This document shows, piece by piece, positions 11,061 through 24,720 of a DNA stretch of 64,000 bases. The stretch lies in assembly GCF_006345805.1 (NCBI RefSeq), contig NC_042997.1, positions 209,002,001 to 209,066,000 on the forward strand, in the 5' to 3' direction. Every line of letters starts with the position of its first letter. Within the stretch, counting starts at the first letter, position 1. The notes under the pieces are model-generated. The model did not search any database, was not told the DNA's origin, and saw only the letters and a list, made by a program, of their open reading frames with translations. The translations under genes and the position numbers were made by a program. The stretch comes from Octopus sinensis. Taxonomy: Eukaryota.

Positions 11061-12726
11061 GCGACTATACTGAGCAATTTATAATCGGCAAAAACTGTGA
11101 TGCCAGAGGCACGCTGGTATAAAATTAATTTGGCTGTAGTCTGGATGGGTTATGATGTAACACTTTTGCTGGCTGACTGGCTCCCAAGCCAGTGGCACGT
11201 AAAAAGCACCATTCAAGGGTGGCTGGTGCCAGTACCTATTTCTTTATTGCCCACAAGGGGCTAAACACAGAGGGGACAAACAAGGACAGACAAACGGATT
11301 AAGTCGATTACATCGACCCCAGTGCGTAACTGGTACTTATTTAATCGACCCTGAAAGGATGAAAGGCAAAGTCAACCCCTGACTGGCCCTCGTGTCAGTG
11401 GCACATAAAAGCACCCACTACGTTAAGAAGGGCATCCATCTGTAGAAACATTGCCAGATGGGATTGGAGCCCGGTGCAGCCTCCTGGCTTCCCAGACCTC
11501 AGTCAAACCGTCCAACCCATGCCAGCATGGAAAGCAGACGTTAAATGACGATGATGATGTAATACTTGATGTTGAAGGCCTTTCGACTTGATAATCTTTC
11601 AGAGACTGTAAGTGAAACTTCAAACAACTTAGCTTCGCCTTCAACAAATATTCTGATGTGAAATGCAAGAAGTGGGCGCTTTGTCCCTATTAAGATAAAA
11701 GTATTCCAGAAGGCAATTCACTGAGATGCTATCTTTTCTGTTGAGGAAATCTGAAGATTGATTTATTCTTTTCTAGTCTAGGCACAAGGCCCAAAAGTTT
11801 GGGGAGTAGGGGTGAGGGCAGTTGATTAGATCGACCCCAGTACGCAAGTGTTACTTAATTTATTGACCCCGAAAGGATGAAAGGCAAAGTCGACCTCAAC
11901 GGAATTTGAACTCTGAACGTAAAAACAGACGAAATACCTATTTCTTTACTACTCACAAGGGGCTAAACACAGAGGGGACAAACAAGGGCAGACAAATGTA
12001 AATAATGTAAATAATGAAATACGTATTTTAAAAATTACATTCAAGTAATATGATACGTTTCCATAGTTACGACTTAATATTTCACAATAAAATCAGAAAT
12101 TCTGTTTATTCTTGTTCGTCAGAACTCTACCCCTCACTCCAAGTGCTTGTTCCTCTCGACCCATCATCATCTCAAGTACTGTCCCCTCTTCAAAGATTCT
12201 CTGTTTCCTTAAATGTACAAAACTTTGGTAATTACACAGAAACCACTCAGATCCTTTCCAGGAATTATTTATGAGAAAGACCGGCATTTTCTGCTTGCTT
12301 TGATTGGGTAAGAACTGCTGCCAAAGTAATTAATGTCAGACCAGCTTTGGCAATTGATTCTAATGCCACTCCTTACCATCTTTGAGGATGTCAACTTAGA
12401 ATCGCTTGTCTCTTGTCACTGGTACTAATTCATTTGTCATACTTTGGTTGTGAGAGACCTCTGTGTGTACTTATGTATGTGAGAGAGAGAGAGAGGGGAG
12501 AGAGGGAGAGAGAGAGAGAGGGGGGGAGAGAAAACGAGACAGAGAGAAAGGCAGACAGGGTGTGTGTTTGTGAGTGTGTGTGTGTGTGTGCATGCGAAAG
12601 AGAGAGACAGTGTGTATATGTGTGTGATTGTTTGTGTGATGTGAGAGAGAGGGTGAGTGTGTGTGTGTCTGTGTCTCTGTGTGTGTGTGTCTGTGTGTCT
12701 GTGTGTTTGTGTGTCTCTGTGTGTGT

Positions 12727-12766
<40 letters not shown>

Positions 12767-13235
12767 GTGTGTGTGTGCAGTTGTATGCAAATATGTCTTT
12801 GTATAGTCATTCACCTGTACATATGTATTTGGGTAAGTATATATAAAGATACACATGTGTGTGTGCATGTGTGAGTGAGTGTGTGTGTGCATGTGTAGTG
12901 TGTACTTTTTACAGTTGTGTGTGTGTGCATTTGCATATATATAGGTCATCCCATAAGTTCTGTCCAATTTTACCTTTTTTAAAATTGAATGAAATTTAAT
13001 AGTATTTTAGAATGACTAATAGAATTTAAAATTATTTTTATGCATTTGTGTGGGACGGGACTCATCAATTATATCGACCCCAGTATTTCACTGGTACTTA
13101 ATTTATTAACCTCAAAAAGATGAAAGCAAAGTTGACCTCAGAGAAATTTTAACTCAGTACAAAGCTATGGGTGAAATACCGTTAAGTATTTTGTCCAGAG
13201 CGCTAACAATTCTGCCAGCTTACCGCTTTATAGTA

Positions 13236-13310
<75 letters not shown>

Positions 13311-14512
13311 TAATAATAATAATAATAGTAATAACTATTATTATTATTATTATTATTATAATGATGATGATGATGATGATAATAATCTTTTCTACTATAG
13401 GCACAAGGCCGGAAATTTTAGGGGAGGGGACCAGTCAACTGCATCGACCACAGTGCTTGACTGGTACTCATTTTATTGACCCCGGAAGGATGAAAGGCAA
13501 AGTTGACCTCAGCGGAATTTGAACTCAGAACGTAAAGACGGACAAAATGCTGCTACGCATTTTGCCCCATGTGGTAACGATTCTGCCAGTGTGCCACCTT
13601 AATAATAATAATAATAATTTCTACTAAATATAACAGATTTAACCAGAACATTCCCTTAACATTCTATATTGTAAATCTTTAAGTATTTCATACATATAAA
13701 TACATAAAAATTTCATATATAAGTATTTCATGGATTAATAAAGTATTTCATAACAGAAATATTCCTCAGACGAAGAATTCAAATAATTAAAAAGAGAAGA
13801 AAACATACATACATACATATATACATACATACACACATACATACATACACACATACATACATAGACAAACACACAAATAAGCAAACACGCACATACATAT
13901 ATGCATGCATACACACATATACATGCATATATAAGCATACATAGGCACACACATACATATCTTCGGAGGTAGACTTAACCTGTCACCAGTTTTAACACCA
14001 CCACCACCACCATCATCTATGAACTTTGGGTACCTTAAGAGGACCCCACTCTGTTGGAAGCTTTCATGTCAGGTCTCTGGTTTGAGGATAGCTTGTTCCC
14101 TCCCTCCCAGCTTCCAATCATTGGTTCTGCCTTCTTGAATACCAAGAAAAAGTGCTCCAGCATGGCCACAGCCTTTGACCTCCAACACACAAAAGAATGT
14201 AATTTTAGTATCTTGTTTGGTTGGTTCCACTTTAGCATGGGTTTTTTTTAGTCTGGGTTTTTTTGTTTTTCCTATAATTAGAATATTGTAAATATAACAA
14301 AAAGCAAAAATAACCAGAAAATAGATTCACTTTGTTCAATGTTTATTCTGAGTTTTAAATGGAAATAGGATCGGATTTGGAGGAGGTGAGAGCCATTTGC
14401 TGGGGTTTTCCCCGTCACGTGGTGTTTGTGGGAAATTCAGCATACCCACAACACACACACAAACACACACACACTCATACAGAATGCACACTCACACACT
14501 CACGCACAAACA

Positions 14513-14543
<31 letters not shown>

Positions 14544-14592
14544 CACAAACACACACACACACACACACAAACAATAATAATGGAATAATGTA

Positions 14593-14904
14593 GTGCCTTC
14601 AGACTATCATCAATTTGGCCCCATGAAAGAGGGTTTGAGAGGCAAACATTATTCCAGTGACGAGGAAGTGAAAACTGTAGTGAAGAAGTGGCTCAAAGAA
14701 CAGTCAACAGAATTTTACGGGGCAGGGATACATGCTCTCATTCGAAGGTGGAACATTGCTATTGAGAGAAACTGCGACTATGTTGAGAAGTAGGGATGTG
14801 ATCCACAGAGGACCAGCTTCATTTTGATGTATGATACATGTTCATGCGTTGGTTATTATACCTGTCCTAAACAAAATGGCATTACCTTTTGACTCACCCT
14901 CGTA
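14593..14904 (+). mobile_element. Mariner transposase C-terminal fragment with right TIR
   Basis: PSDYHQFGPMKEGLRGKHYSSDEEVKTVVKKWL...GIHALIRRW...DYVEK, ending ...ttttgactcaccctcgta. Confidence 0.9.
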
Positions 14905-14956
14905 TATATATAATACATACATGCATGCATACGTACGTACGTTTGTAAGTGTGTAT

Positions 14957-15800
14957 GTACGAGGGGGTACCCAAAAGAAACCGGAATTTCGCAAAATTAT
15001 TTTCTTCGCTTAGTTTTAAATGCTTACACTTTTATCACCTTCAAACTATTCTCCATTTGAAGCAATGCATCGGTCCAGGCGCGTTTTCCAATGTTCGAAG
15101 CAGTGCTGGAACTCTTGCGAAGTGATGCCTTTTAACGCCTCCGTCGTTTTTTTCTTTCTTTTTTTTCTTCACCTCTTCCACATCTGCAAATTCCATAGAA
15201 CCAGCTTTTGTCACCAGTGTTGACCTTTGAAAAAAGGTCTGGGTCAATTTCCAACTGCTCTTTCAGTTCACGACACACATTTGTGACTGCTTTTGATCTT
15301 CCATGAGCAATCGAGGCACAAATTTTGCTGCAACTCTTTTCATTTGGAATTCCTTGCTCATAATTTGCTGGCAGGGGCTCCAGGATACACCAGTTATATC
15401 AACAAGTTTGTAAATTGTTCGATGACGGTCCTCCAAGATCAGTTCATGAATTTTCGTCATATTTTCATCCGTTTGGGAGTTCGACGGTCGCCCCGAACGA
15501 GGTTAATCCTCAAGCGACAAATGACCGTTCCTGAAGCATGGAAACCACTCGTAAACTTGTATCTTGCTCATGGCATCGTCCTTGTCAGCTGTTTGAAGCA
15601 TGACAAATGTTTCGGCCGCCTTTTTCCTCAACAGAAAACAGAATTTCACGGAAGCACGCGGTTCCTTCGTTTCAGTTACCGCAAAAATCTATGAACAAGG
15701 GAGAAACACTGCAAAACAAAGAACCACCACGTGGCAGTTCGACTCCAACGGACAACCCCAGTCGGTATTGGTTTCACAAACCGACCAGACGACACGCAAG
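14957..15800 (-). mobile_element. Internally deleted mariner element
   Basis: KIHELILEDRHRTI...MKRVAAKFVPRLL (WVPxxL-like) joined to the C-terminal FADVEEVK...WKTRLDRCIASNGE, with a TIR-like tacgagggggtacccaaaagaaaccggaa at 14957. Confidence 0.85.
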
Positions 15801-16326
15801 TCCCGATCAACCCAAAATAATCGATGAATTTCACTCATTTATTTAATCAATTTCAACATCTGTGTAAAGCATGTATGACGTGGCAGACTGTTAGGAATGG
15901 ATGTAATTAATCTTATGGAGATGAAAAATAAAAAATAACCTAAAACGTTAAACCTAAAAACAAGAAAGGAATAGAAATAAAAGACCGTGAAAATTTTCCT
16001 GTTGTTTAAATGTTTTTGTAGCCTCCATGAATTAGAAGATCGTGTTTGTGGTTGGTGGATCTTTGAAAATATATTACACCTCCAGCCTTGGTAACCATTT
16101 TATTCTTTTACTGGTTTCAGTCATTTGACATCGACCATGCTGGAACACCGCCTCTAGTCGAGCAAATCGATCCCAGGACTTATTCTTTGTAAGCCTAGTA
16201 CTTATTCTATCGGGCTCTTTTGCCGAACCGCTAAGTTATGGGGGCCGTAAACACACCAACATCGGTTGCCAAGCGATGTTCGGAGGACAAACACAGACTC
16301 ACACACACACACACACACACACACAG

Positions 16327-17885
16327 TGCTTCTTCGTTGGTGGTTTTTGGTAGATGCTCTAACATGTCCAGATTGTCTCTAATGAAACTTTTAATGTATC
16401 TGTTTCAATAGTATATCCAGAAACCTGCTTAGGCGGTGTGTTTCACGGGCTGGACCCACTATAATCATCCTTAATTCTAAGTCTTCTGGTGTTGAATATT
16501 TATGTATAGACCTGGATTTAATTTACAGGCATTAGTAATTATTTGACTCATGTGGATTTTGGGGAGGCCATAGAAAAGGCTTGGTTTGCATTTAAAGTTT
16601 GTGATGTAGTGTTTTTTCTTTTTCTGTGAATCCTTTTCCATGTTTGAGTATTAAAGATGCAATATCTTTTAATGTCTTTTGCTGCCTATAATTATCAATT
16701 TTTTCATAAAGTGAGTCATTTTCTAGGTTTTTATAGTATTCTGTGTCCATCAGGACCACAGCATTACCTTTGTCTGCTTCTTTGATTGTCAGGTCTTTGT
16801 CGTTTTTTTAGCTGTGGTAGGTGCTTCAATTGTAGGTTATTTAGGTACAATTTTTGGTTTATAGATAGTGTGAGGAAAATTCTGGACACGGTTGCAGAAG
16901 TCGTCTAGAGTTTTATTCCTACCTTTGCGTGGTAAATATGTAGTGATGCTACTGTGTAGGGTTCAGCACACATGCGCAGAATGGGACTACTTCCGGGTGG
17001 CCACCGGAAGTCTTCCCCATGCGCATGTGCGGGAAAACGTTCCCTCAAGCCCGCCAAGCTCAAATCTCTCTCTTCGGCTAGACAGCATTGCGATCGGACA
17101 TGCATTCACAGGCTCTGACAACCACTCGTGCTACGACATAGCGCCAACGACCATCAACCAACTTCAACAACTAACCCGAAGCTGTATATCAGAGGCTGTC
17201 TTTCTCCCACCAGACACACGTACGACATCGCAATCAATAAACCAGAACTACTGTCTTTTACCTTCAACCTGACTTCGTCTGCATTGCTTTATAAAATTTA
17301 TATGTGACTAGATCGGATATCGACACCCTTTCAGTGGAGCGATAACAGATCCTTCGTTACAGATATTTACTTTTGTTTTTCACAAGTGGTTAGTGCTTCT
17401 GTCAATCGAAGTTTTCTACAGAATTCTGCAATATTATCTTTAATTTCATTGGAGTTGGGTCTACGTGGAGTGGGTGTAAATTTTAAACCTTTAGCTAAAA
17501 TATGGGTTTTTGTTGTGGAGAGAGTTTTCTTAGATAAATTGATTATTTGGGGTTTCTCTCGTAAGTTCTGTTCCAACGTGTGTCCCTGTGTCTCTCTACT
17601 CTGTCTAAAAAATGTTGTTTGTTGTAATTAGCTTGGAAGGGGTTCTCATTGTTAGGGTTGCTACTGTGGGAGTGTTGTTGTGTAGGTGAATTGGTTGGGA
17701 TTATGTGGTGTGGGTGCTTATGTTGGAATGAGTTGTAGGGATGTCTGGTCCTGTATGGAATGCTGTGAAGTTGTTCTTTTTGTCTGTGTGAGGGAGTTGA
17801 AGTTCCGAAAGTTGAATTCCTGTGTTGAAGAGTCGGTAGGATCCCCTGTCTGTATCTAGTTGTTGGAGGTTTTTAACTTCGTTTG
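16327..17885 (-). mobile_element. Penelope-like element, N-terminal/RT region, interrupted by a solo LTR
   Basis: IINLSKKTLS...LAKGLKFTPTP, YLPRKGRNKTLDDFC, IKEADKGNAVVLMD, FYGLPKIH and FIRDNLDMLEHLP. Confidence 0.9.
16939..17361 (+). mobile_element. Solo LTR (423 bp, Gypsy-type) inserted in the Penelope element
   Basis: TGTA...TACA termini, a 4-bp TSD with one mismatch (AATA/GATA) and AATAAA at 17236. The host peptide ...KNKSKY / YLPRKGRN rejoins across it. Confidence 0.75.
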
Positions 17886-17889
17886 TGTT

Positions 17890-18240
17890 TTTTATTTCCC
17901 TATGTCTTGCTGTGACTCGAGACGCTCTTAATAAACTTTCTTCACCATTACCTACATAGGAGTCCGTATCTACTCTAGCTACTCCTACGCAGTCTTCTAC
18001 TTATATTAGCCCTCTTCCACCTTCCTTTCTAGGTAAGTATAACCTTACTACTCCTGCCCTTGGGTGGAATCCCCCATTCATATTGAATTCCGTCCTAATT
18101 CTTCTGTCTAGCTTTGCTAATTCAGTTTTTGCCCGATCTACAGAAGCTGCTCAGTATCTAAGTAATGATACCGCACAAATATTTACAGCCTTCACGAGAT
18201 TCAGACCAGTTAGCTTTGATTTCTCAATTTTCGTTTTCAT
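17890..18240 (-). mobile_element. Dong/R4-clade non-LTR retrotransposon fragment (post-RT region)
   Basis: KLTGLNLVKAVNICAVSLLRY*...ELAKLDRRIRT..MNGGFHPRAGVVRLYLPRKEGGRGLI*VEDC. Confidence 0.85.
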
Positions 18241-18244
18241 CCAA

Positions 18245-18590
18245 GTCAAGGGATCCAGTTTTGCTTTGAAAACACCTACATCGACCCCATGTAAGTTTTT
18301 CAGACATTTTAAGAGGATACTAAGGAGCTGTGAGACCTTGAAACTCGAGTTATTGCAGTATCTGGTCCTGTATCCTGATGGCGGTGTTGGGATCTTTGGC
18401 ACTGCACAGTGGCGCCCCGTTCTGCTGTTTGCATAATTTTCAATGCGAAAGTTCAGTGCAAGACCCTCCAGGATTTCCCATACGTATATTCCTGCACACC
18501 TTTCCTGACTTCGTTCTGGGGAGTAGACTCTTAACTTTTTCAGCCTCTCCCAGTTGCAGACATGTCGCTTTCAGATGACCTTCGCCATTG
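18245..18590 (-). mobile_element. CR1-like LINE ORF2 C-terminal fragment
   Basis: WERLKKLRVYSPERSQER..IYVWEILEGL...RTRYCNNSSF...KCLKNLHGVDVGVFKAKLD. Confidence 0.85.
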
Positions 18591-18922
18591 TTGAAAAGTT
18601 TAAGAATTATGAATCATGCAGGGACTTTCTTTTTTTTTTTTTTGTTGTTTATTTTGCCATTTGTATGAATAAAATACAAATGTTTTAATGCTGCCCAGTC
18701 TGGTGTTGATAGGCGTCACAGTGGATATATTTATTATTGCAAAATATCAATAACTTATCCACTTTTTTCTTCAGATGTCGTTATGACCTGCTATTTCATG
18801 GCTATTTTAAATAATCGATATTTTTTGTTTGTCTTTCACTGATATAGATGTAACAATGTGTGTACGTGTACGGGCGTGTGTGTACACGTGTGTATACGTA
18901 TACATGCGGGTATGTAAGTTTG

Positions 18923-18953
<31 letters not shown>

Positions 18954-19151
18954 TAAGATAGGGGTTATGGGTGTAACCCACTATGGGATATCATTTATCC
19001 AATATACTGTTGGTAAAGTACCCAAATTCTTAATACATAAATGTTTTTAATTGCAATGCAATTAAGTCATTTATTGTATTAAACGGGTGAAGGTAAAGAA
19101 ATATTTTTACCGTAAATTTATAATACAAATTTATTTCTCCATTTTCTTATT

Positions 19152-19208
<57 letters not shown>

Positions 19209-19210
<2 letters not shown>

Positions 19211-19730
19211 TGGATATGCTCAATCACCTTCCTGAAACAATTAACAAAAACACCCTACTAGTATCCTTCGATGTAGTCAACCTCTTTTCCTATATCCCCC
19301 ACAACCTAAGAATAGAGGCAACTTAATTCTGGCTAGAGAATTACACCAACGAACTCCCACATTGGATCAAAAAAGAATTCGTGATAGAATGGCTAAAATT
19401 CATCTTGGAAAATAACTACTTCGTCTTCAAAGACAACTTCTATCGACAAAAATCAGGGACTGCGATGGGTATGCGAATGGCCCTCTCTTTTGCTAACCTA
19501 GTCATGGGATACCTAGAAATTAGTCTTTATCGTAAGGTTCTAGAAAAATAGGGCAGCCCATTCTCCCTCTACATAGAAAATAACTGGAAGAGATACCTGG
19601 ATGACTGCTTCATTCTTTGGCATGAAAGTATAGAGAGACTTAAAGAATTCCAAGCACTTATAAATGGACTTGACGTAAACATTCAATTCACGATGAAATA
19701 TAGCCATCAATAACTTCCCTTTTGGACAGA
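19209..19730 (+). mobile_element. Penelope-like reverse transcriptase core fragment
   Basis: LVSFDVVNLFSYIP...ILENNYFVFKDNFYRQKSGTAMG...FANLVMGYLE...WKRYLDDCFILW...LPFLD, with stops. Confidence 0.92.
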
Positions 19731-19847
19731 TTATGGCGTTTTTACATCTTTTATAAGAAGAGAGAATATTCTTCTCTTCAGTGACTGCAACGAGTTTGCC
19801 TTTAGAAATTAAAATATGTCACAAACATATTTTAACTAAACTAAAGT

Positions 19848-19993
19848 ATGTGTGTGTATGTGTGTGTGTGTGTTGTGTGTGTGTGTGTGTGTGTGTGTGT
19901 GTCTGCGTGTGTCTGTGTTTGTGTCTGTGTTTGTGTCTGTGTATGTGTGTGTCTACGTGTCTCTGTGTGTTTCTGCGTGTGTGTCTGTGTGTC

Positions 19994-20024
<31 letters not shown>

Positions 20025-20232
20025 GTCTCTGTGTGTGTGTGTCTGTGTGTGTGTCTGTGTGTCTGTGTATGTGTGTGTATGTGTCTGTGTATGTGTGTCT
20101 CTGTGTGTGGGTCTGTGTGTGTCTGTGTATGTGTGTCTCTGTGTGTGTCTGTGTGTGTATCTGTCTGAGTGTGTGTGTGTGTGTGTGTATGTGTGTCTCT
20201 GTGTGTGTGTCTGTGTGCGTGTGTGTGTGTGT
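19848..20232. repeat. Compound (GT)/(GTCT) microsatellite
   Basis: Direct reading. Confidence 0.95.
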
Positions 20233-20533
20233 CTATCATTGTAGGATTCACAAAATCAGCCCCCTTTAATTTTGCTCAGATCGCTTTCAATTTTGGTGTA
20301 TCGATGCATCTCTGAATTTCGATTAGTTCAGTAAAAGAGTCCGATAGAATGCGTGCCAGATTTCGAGGAAGGAAAATTCGAGGGTCGATTTATTCGACCC
20401 AAAATTCTTCGAGACGGTATCCAGGCATGGCCGCAGTCTAATTGACTGAACCAAGTGAAAAATAATCTCTTATGAACTGCACTCACTTGGCTGGGGGTTA
20501 TGGACTTGCTGTACGTGTTCATTTTTTTTTCTA

Positions 20534-20831
20534 GCCCTTTCAAAGCCTAGCCAGGTTCATGGGCCCGGTTTCCCGGTTTCTATGGCGCATGTGTTCCCCC
20601 CAGCTGGACGGGACGCCAGTCCATCGCAGCGTTACTCAAGAAACAAGAAGAAAGAGTGGGAGAAAGTTGGGGTGAAAGAGTACAACAGGGGTCGTCGCAA
20701 ACCCTGCCAGAGCCTCGTGGTGCTTTAGATGTCTTCGCTCAATAAACACACACAACATCCGGTCTGGGAATCGAAACCGCGATCCTCCAACCACGAGTCC
20801 GCTGCTCTAACCACTGGGCCATTGCGCCTCC
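20534..20831 (-). mobile_element. SINE family E (tRNA-derived head GGAGGCGCAATGGCCCAGTGGTTAG)
   Basis: Matches 23169-23469 and partial copies at 21380-21678. Confidence 0.85.
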
Positions 20832-20956
20832 ACACGAGTTCACACCATTATACAAGAGATTGAAGGCAAGTTTTACTTTAAGTCACTTCAAAGCAGGAAA
20901 TCTGTATCATGGAACCAGGCTCAGTTCCAGAAGGGTTGGTCATCAAAGGGGTTGGC

Positions 20957-21086
20957 GTTGTTGTTGTTGTTGTTGTTGTTGTTCTTCTTCTTCTTCTTCT
21001 TCTTCTTCTTCTTCTTCTTCTTCTTCTTCTTCTTCTTCTTCTTCTTCTTCTTCTTCTTCTTCTTCTTCTTCTTCTTCTTCTTCTTC
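20957..21086. repeat. (GTT)n(CTT)n trinucleotide array
   Basis: Direct reading. Confidence 0.95.
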
Positions 21087-22062
21087 CATCGGGACTCACG
21101 CCATTAGCCACAAAGAATAATCTCTAATTCAAGCCTACTCTAAGCTACTAAGAATGCGTGTGGCAACTTGAAGATCCACCCCACCACACGCGATAGACTG
21201 GTGGTTGCACGGGCGCGAAAGCTACGTTGTTATCCTCATTCCGTAAACGGTGGCTTTTAACGGGTGGAGAGCTGAACCATTGTGGGGTACAGATTATTCG
21301 CAATCTAGACTAGGGTCTGAAAGTTTACCACACCATAGTGGGTTACACCATGATTCCTCTGCTTTGTGGCAGAAGTAGGAAGAAAGAGTGAGAGAAAGTT
21401 GCGGTGAAAAAGTACAGCGGGATTCACCACCACCCCCACTGGAGCCTCGTGGAGCTTTAGGTGCTTTTACTCAATAAACACTCACAATGCTCGGTCTGGG
21501 AATCGAAACCGCGCTTTTACGACCGCGAGTCCGCTGCCCTAACCACTGGGCCATTGTGCCTCCATTTTCTGCTGTTGTCTTCTTCTCCTTCTTCTTCACA
21601 ATGCCCGGTCTGGGAATCGAAACCGCGTTCTTACGACCGCGAGTCCGCTGCCCTAACCACTGGGCCATTGCGACTCCACTGCTGCTGTTGTTGATGTTGT
21701 TGTTTTACAATAGTTTTGTCGGCTCAATCAAGGCTGACTTAAGACTAAACAAGGACAACAACGACAACAACAATAACAGCAGCAATAGCAGCAACGAAAC
21801 AGGTGCGTGACATACTTAATTACACACCTGTACGGTAGATATAACAAGCCGCACGTATACCGAAATAGCTCTTGTCAATATTACCATCGATATCGTCGTC
21901 GTCAACGATTGCATATTACAGTGTGGCTCCTATGGACCCCATAGTTGTCAAACCGCCTCCTAGTGGGCGTTGAGGCGGTCCAGGTGGGCGCTGGTACCTA
22001 AGGGGGCAGTAAGAAAAAAGGAGGCTTTGTGAGGAAGGCAGTGGATTGGGAGACATTAGAGT

Positions 22063-22566
<504 letters not shown>

Positions 22567-23168
22567 TATAAAAACATTTTGTATACAAATTATATAATAT
22601 TATATTAATTAGCAAATGACTCACAGTATATGTAAATCAGTAAAATATAAAATATTTATTCATACAAGCTGTTCAAAATGTCTCTCTGCAGTAAGTATTT
22701 TATTGCAAAATAAATATTTATAAGATGGTATAAGACTACAAAAGAATATATTTGTCTTTACAAGACTTTAAAAAACTTTATAAAAAGTATTGAAAATGTC
22801 GTCCTTTATTTTCAATACAGAAGTTGACTCTTCTACACATGTTTTGAAATACATCTTGGATGAAAAAAAAATTTACTGCGAAGAGACCTTTTGAATACCC
22901 TGTACATAAAAATAGGGGTGGGGCGCTGAGGGTATTATGTGGCCATGGGGGGATGCAAAACGTTTGAGAACCTCTACTCTAGATGATCACTTAACCTACG
23001 TAAAATAGCAGCTAAACGACCCTTAGCTCAGACTTCAGCGTCTTTAACAATGAAGAATGCTTTATATAATATAGTAGTAAACACCGCTAACAGATGGGAT
23101 GGCCACGGTTGGTCAGTGATGGCCTAATGCTAAACAACAACACTACTGTTTTACATTGTATTATTTTT

Positions 23169-23469
23169 CGCCCTTTTCAAGCCTATCCAGACTCATGGGC
23201 CCGGTTTCCCGGTTTCTGTGACGTATGTGTTCCCCCCAGCTGGACGGGACGCCAGTCCATCGCAGCGTTACTCAAGAAACAGGAAGCGAGAGTGAGAGAA
23301 AGTTATGGCGAAAGAGTACAACAGGGGTCGTCACCACCCCCTGCCGGAGCCTCGTGGAGCTTTTATGTGTCTTCGCTCAATAAACACACACAACGCCCGG
23401 TCTGGGAATCGAAACTGCAATCCTCCGACCGCAAGTCCGCTGCCCTAACCACTGGGCCATTGCGCCTCT
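23169..23469 (-). mobile_element. SINE family E
   Basis: Full-length match to 20534-20831. Confidence 0.85.
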
Positions 23470-24034
23470 TCTTACATTGTATATTTTAATGTAAGGACTA
23501 CAACCAACAAGTTTCACCAAAATTAACATTGAGGACCATTCTCCACTTTCTGTCAAATAGGCATCAGCCAATGAAGGAGCCTCCAGGAAGCGTTCGACAT
23601 GCTAGAAATAACAACGAGTTCCCTCTAGAATTACACTGTCTTCAAAGCTAAAAATGAAGGGCATATTGGATAAACAGCATCTGAAAAGACTGGACGGCCA
23701 CGTTTAGAATGTGTTTAATCATAAGTTTTGCCCGGGGCTAAATGCTAGCACAGAAACAAAATTGAAGATAACATTGCGCGACATGATTGAAATTTAAAGA
23801 AATTTAAAGTCTGTTCAGCGATGAAGGAAAAATTCTTTGACATTTTGAAAGAGGCTAAAACGTCCGAAAATTCTCTCCGGACGTTTTTGCAACTTTAAAA
23901 ACTTTCTACTTGACCAGTTTGCCGGCGCAGACCAGCACAGCAACTTTCACTGAATTCTGAATTGGTCCAAATTTAGTTCAAATCATAAAACTCATGCAAT
24001 ATATTTATAATAATGCATTCCTCCTCTTAATCCC

Positions 24035-24420
24035 TCTCTATATAAAGCGGAGGTTGTCTGTGTGTGTGAGGCAGGTTCGGTAGCCTTCAACTAACACTAT
24101 CTCCTCCGAGACCCTGCGGCGCAAGTTGACCAAAATTGAGGTATGATAGAAGGTTTGCTCTTCCTTCCGTAGAACAAAAATTCAAATCGGACCATGTTAA
24201 CACCAAAATTATTTACATCAAAACGGTGCCTTTTTTCTATGAAAATCCCTATTTTTTACGATTTTTTGACTGCTGTGTCGCCATTTTTCGGTGTATTTCA
24301 ACCAGAAAAATGTTCACTTAAAGAGAATAACAAGCTACATAATGCAAAATGTTTACTTTTCAAAAATTCCAATTCTAAAGGGTGGAAACAAACCCGAGCA
24401 ACGCTGGGCTATACTGCCAG
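24035..24420 (+). mobile_element. Non-autonomous Helitron
   Basis: 5' TCT(C)TATATAAA, subterminal hairpin CCCGAGCAACGCTGGG and a 3' CCAG|T end (CTAG variant). Confidence 0.75.
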
Positions 24421-24720
24421 TAATTTAATAAGACATTAGTTAGCCACCACAGCCAGCCAAACTTCCACAAAGAGAAAAAAATCACGCTGTATAAAATGGG
24501 CAATCCAATATAATTACCTCCCTTGATGAATGTAAGGGAGATAATTGATGATGATGATGTAATTTATATCAGAGATCGCTTCACAGTATAACAGAGCTGG
24601 ATGTAGGAGCAACTGATTGAGTAATAAAGATGAGTTTGGATAAAAACAGCGATAAAAACATGAAAGTCTAATTGACACCATTTATAATACGTTTTAATAA
24701 AATCATATATATATATATTA

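Noticed and set aside
20760-20831. tRNA-like sequences with A/B boxes (also at 21490-21678, 23395-23469 and 29038-29110)
   Set aside because: They are SINE heads continuing into SINE bodies, with no complete cloverleaf.
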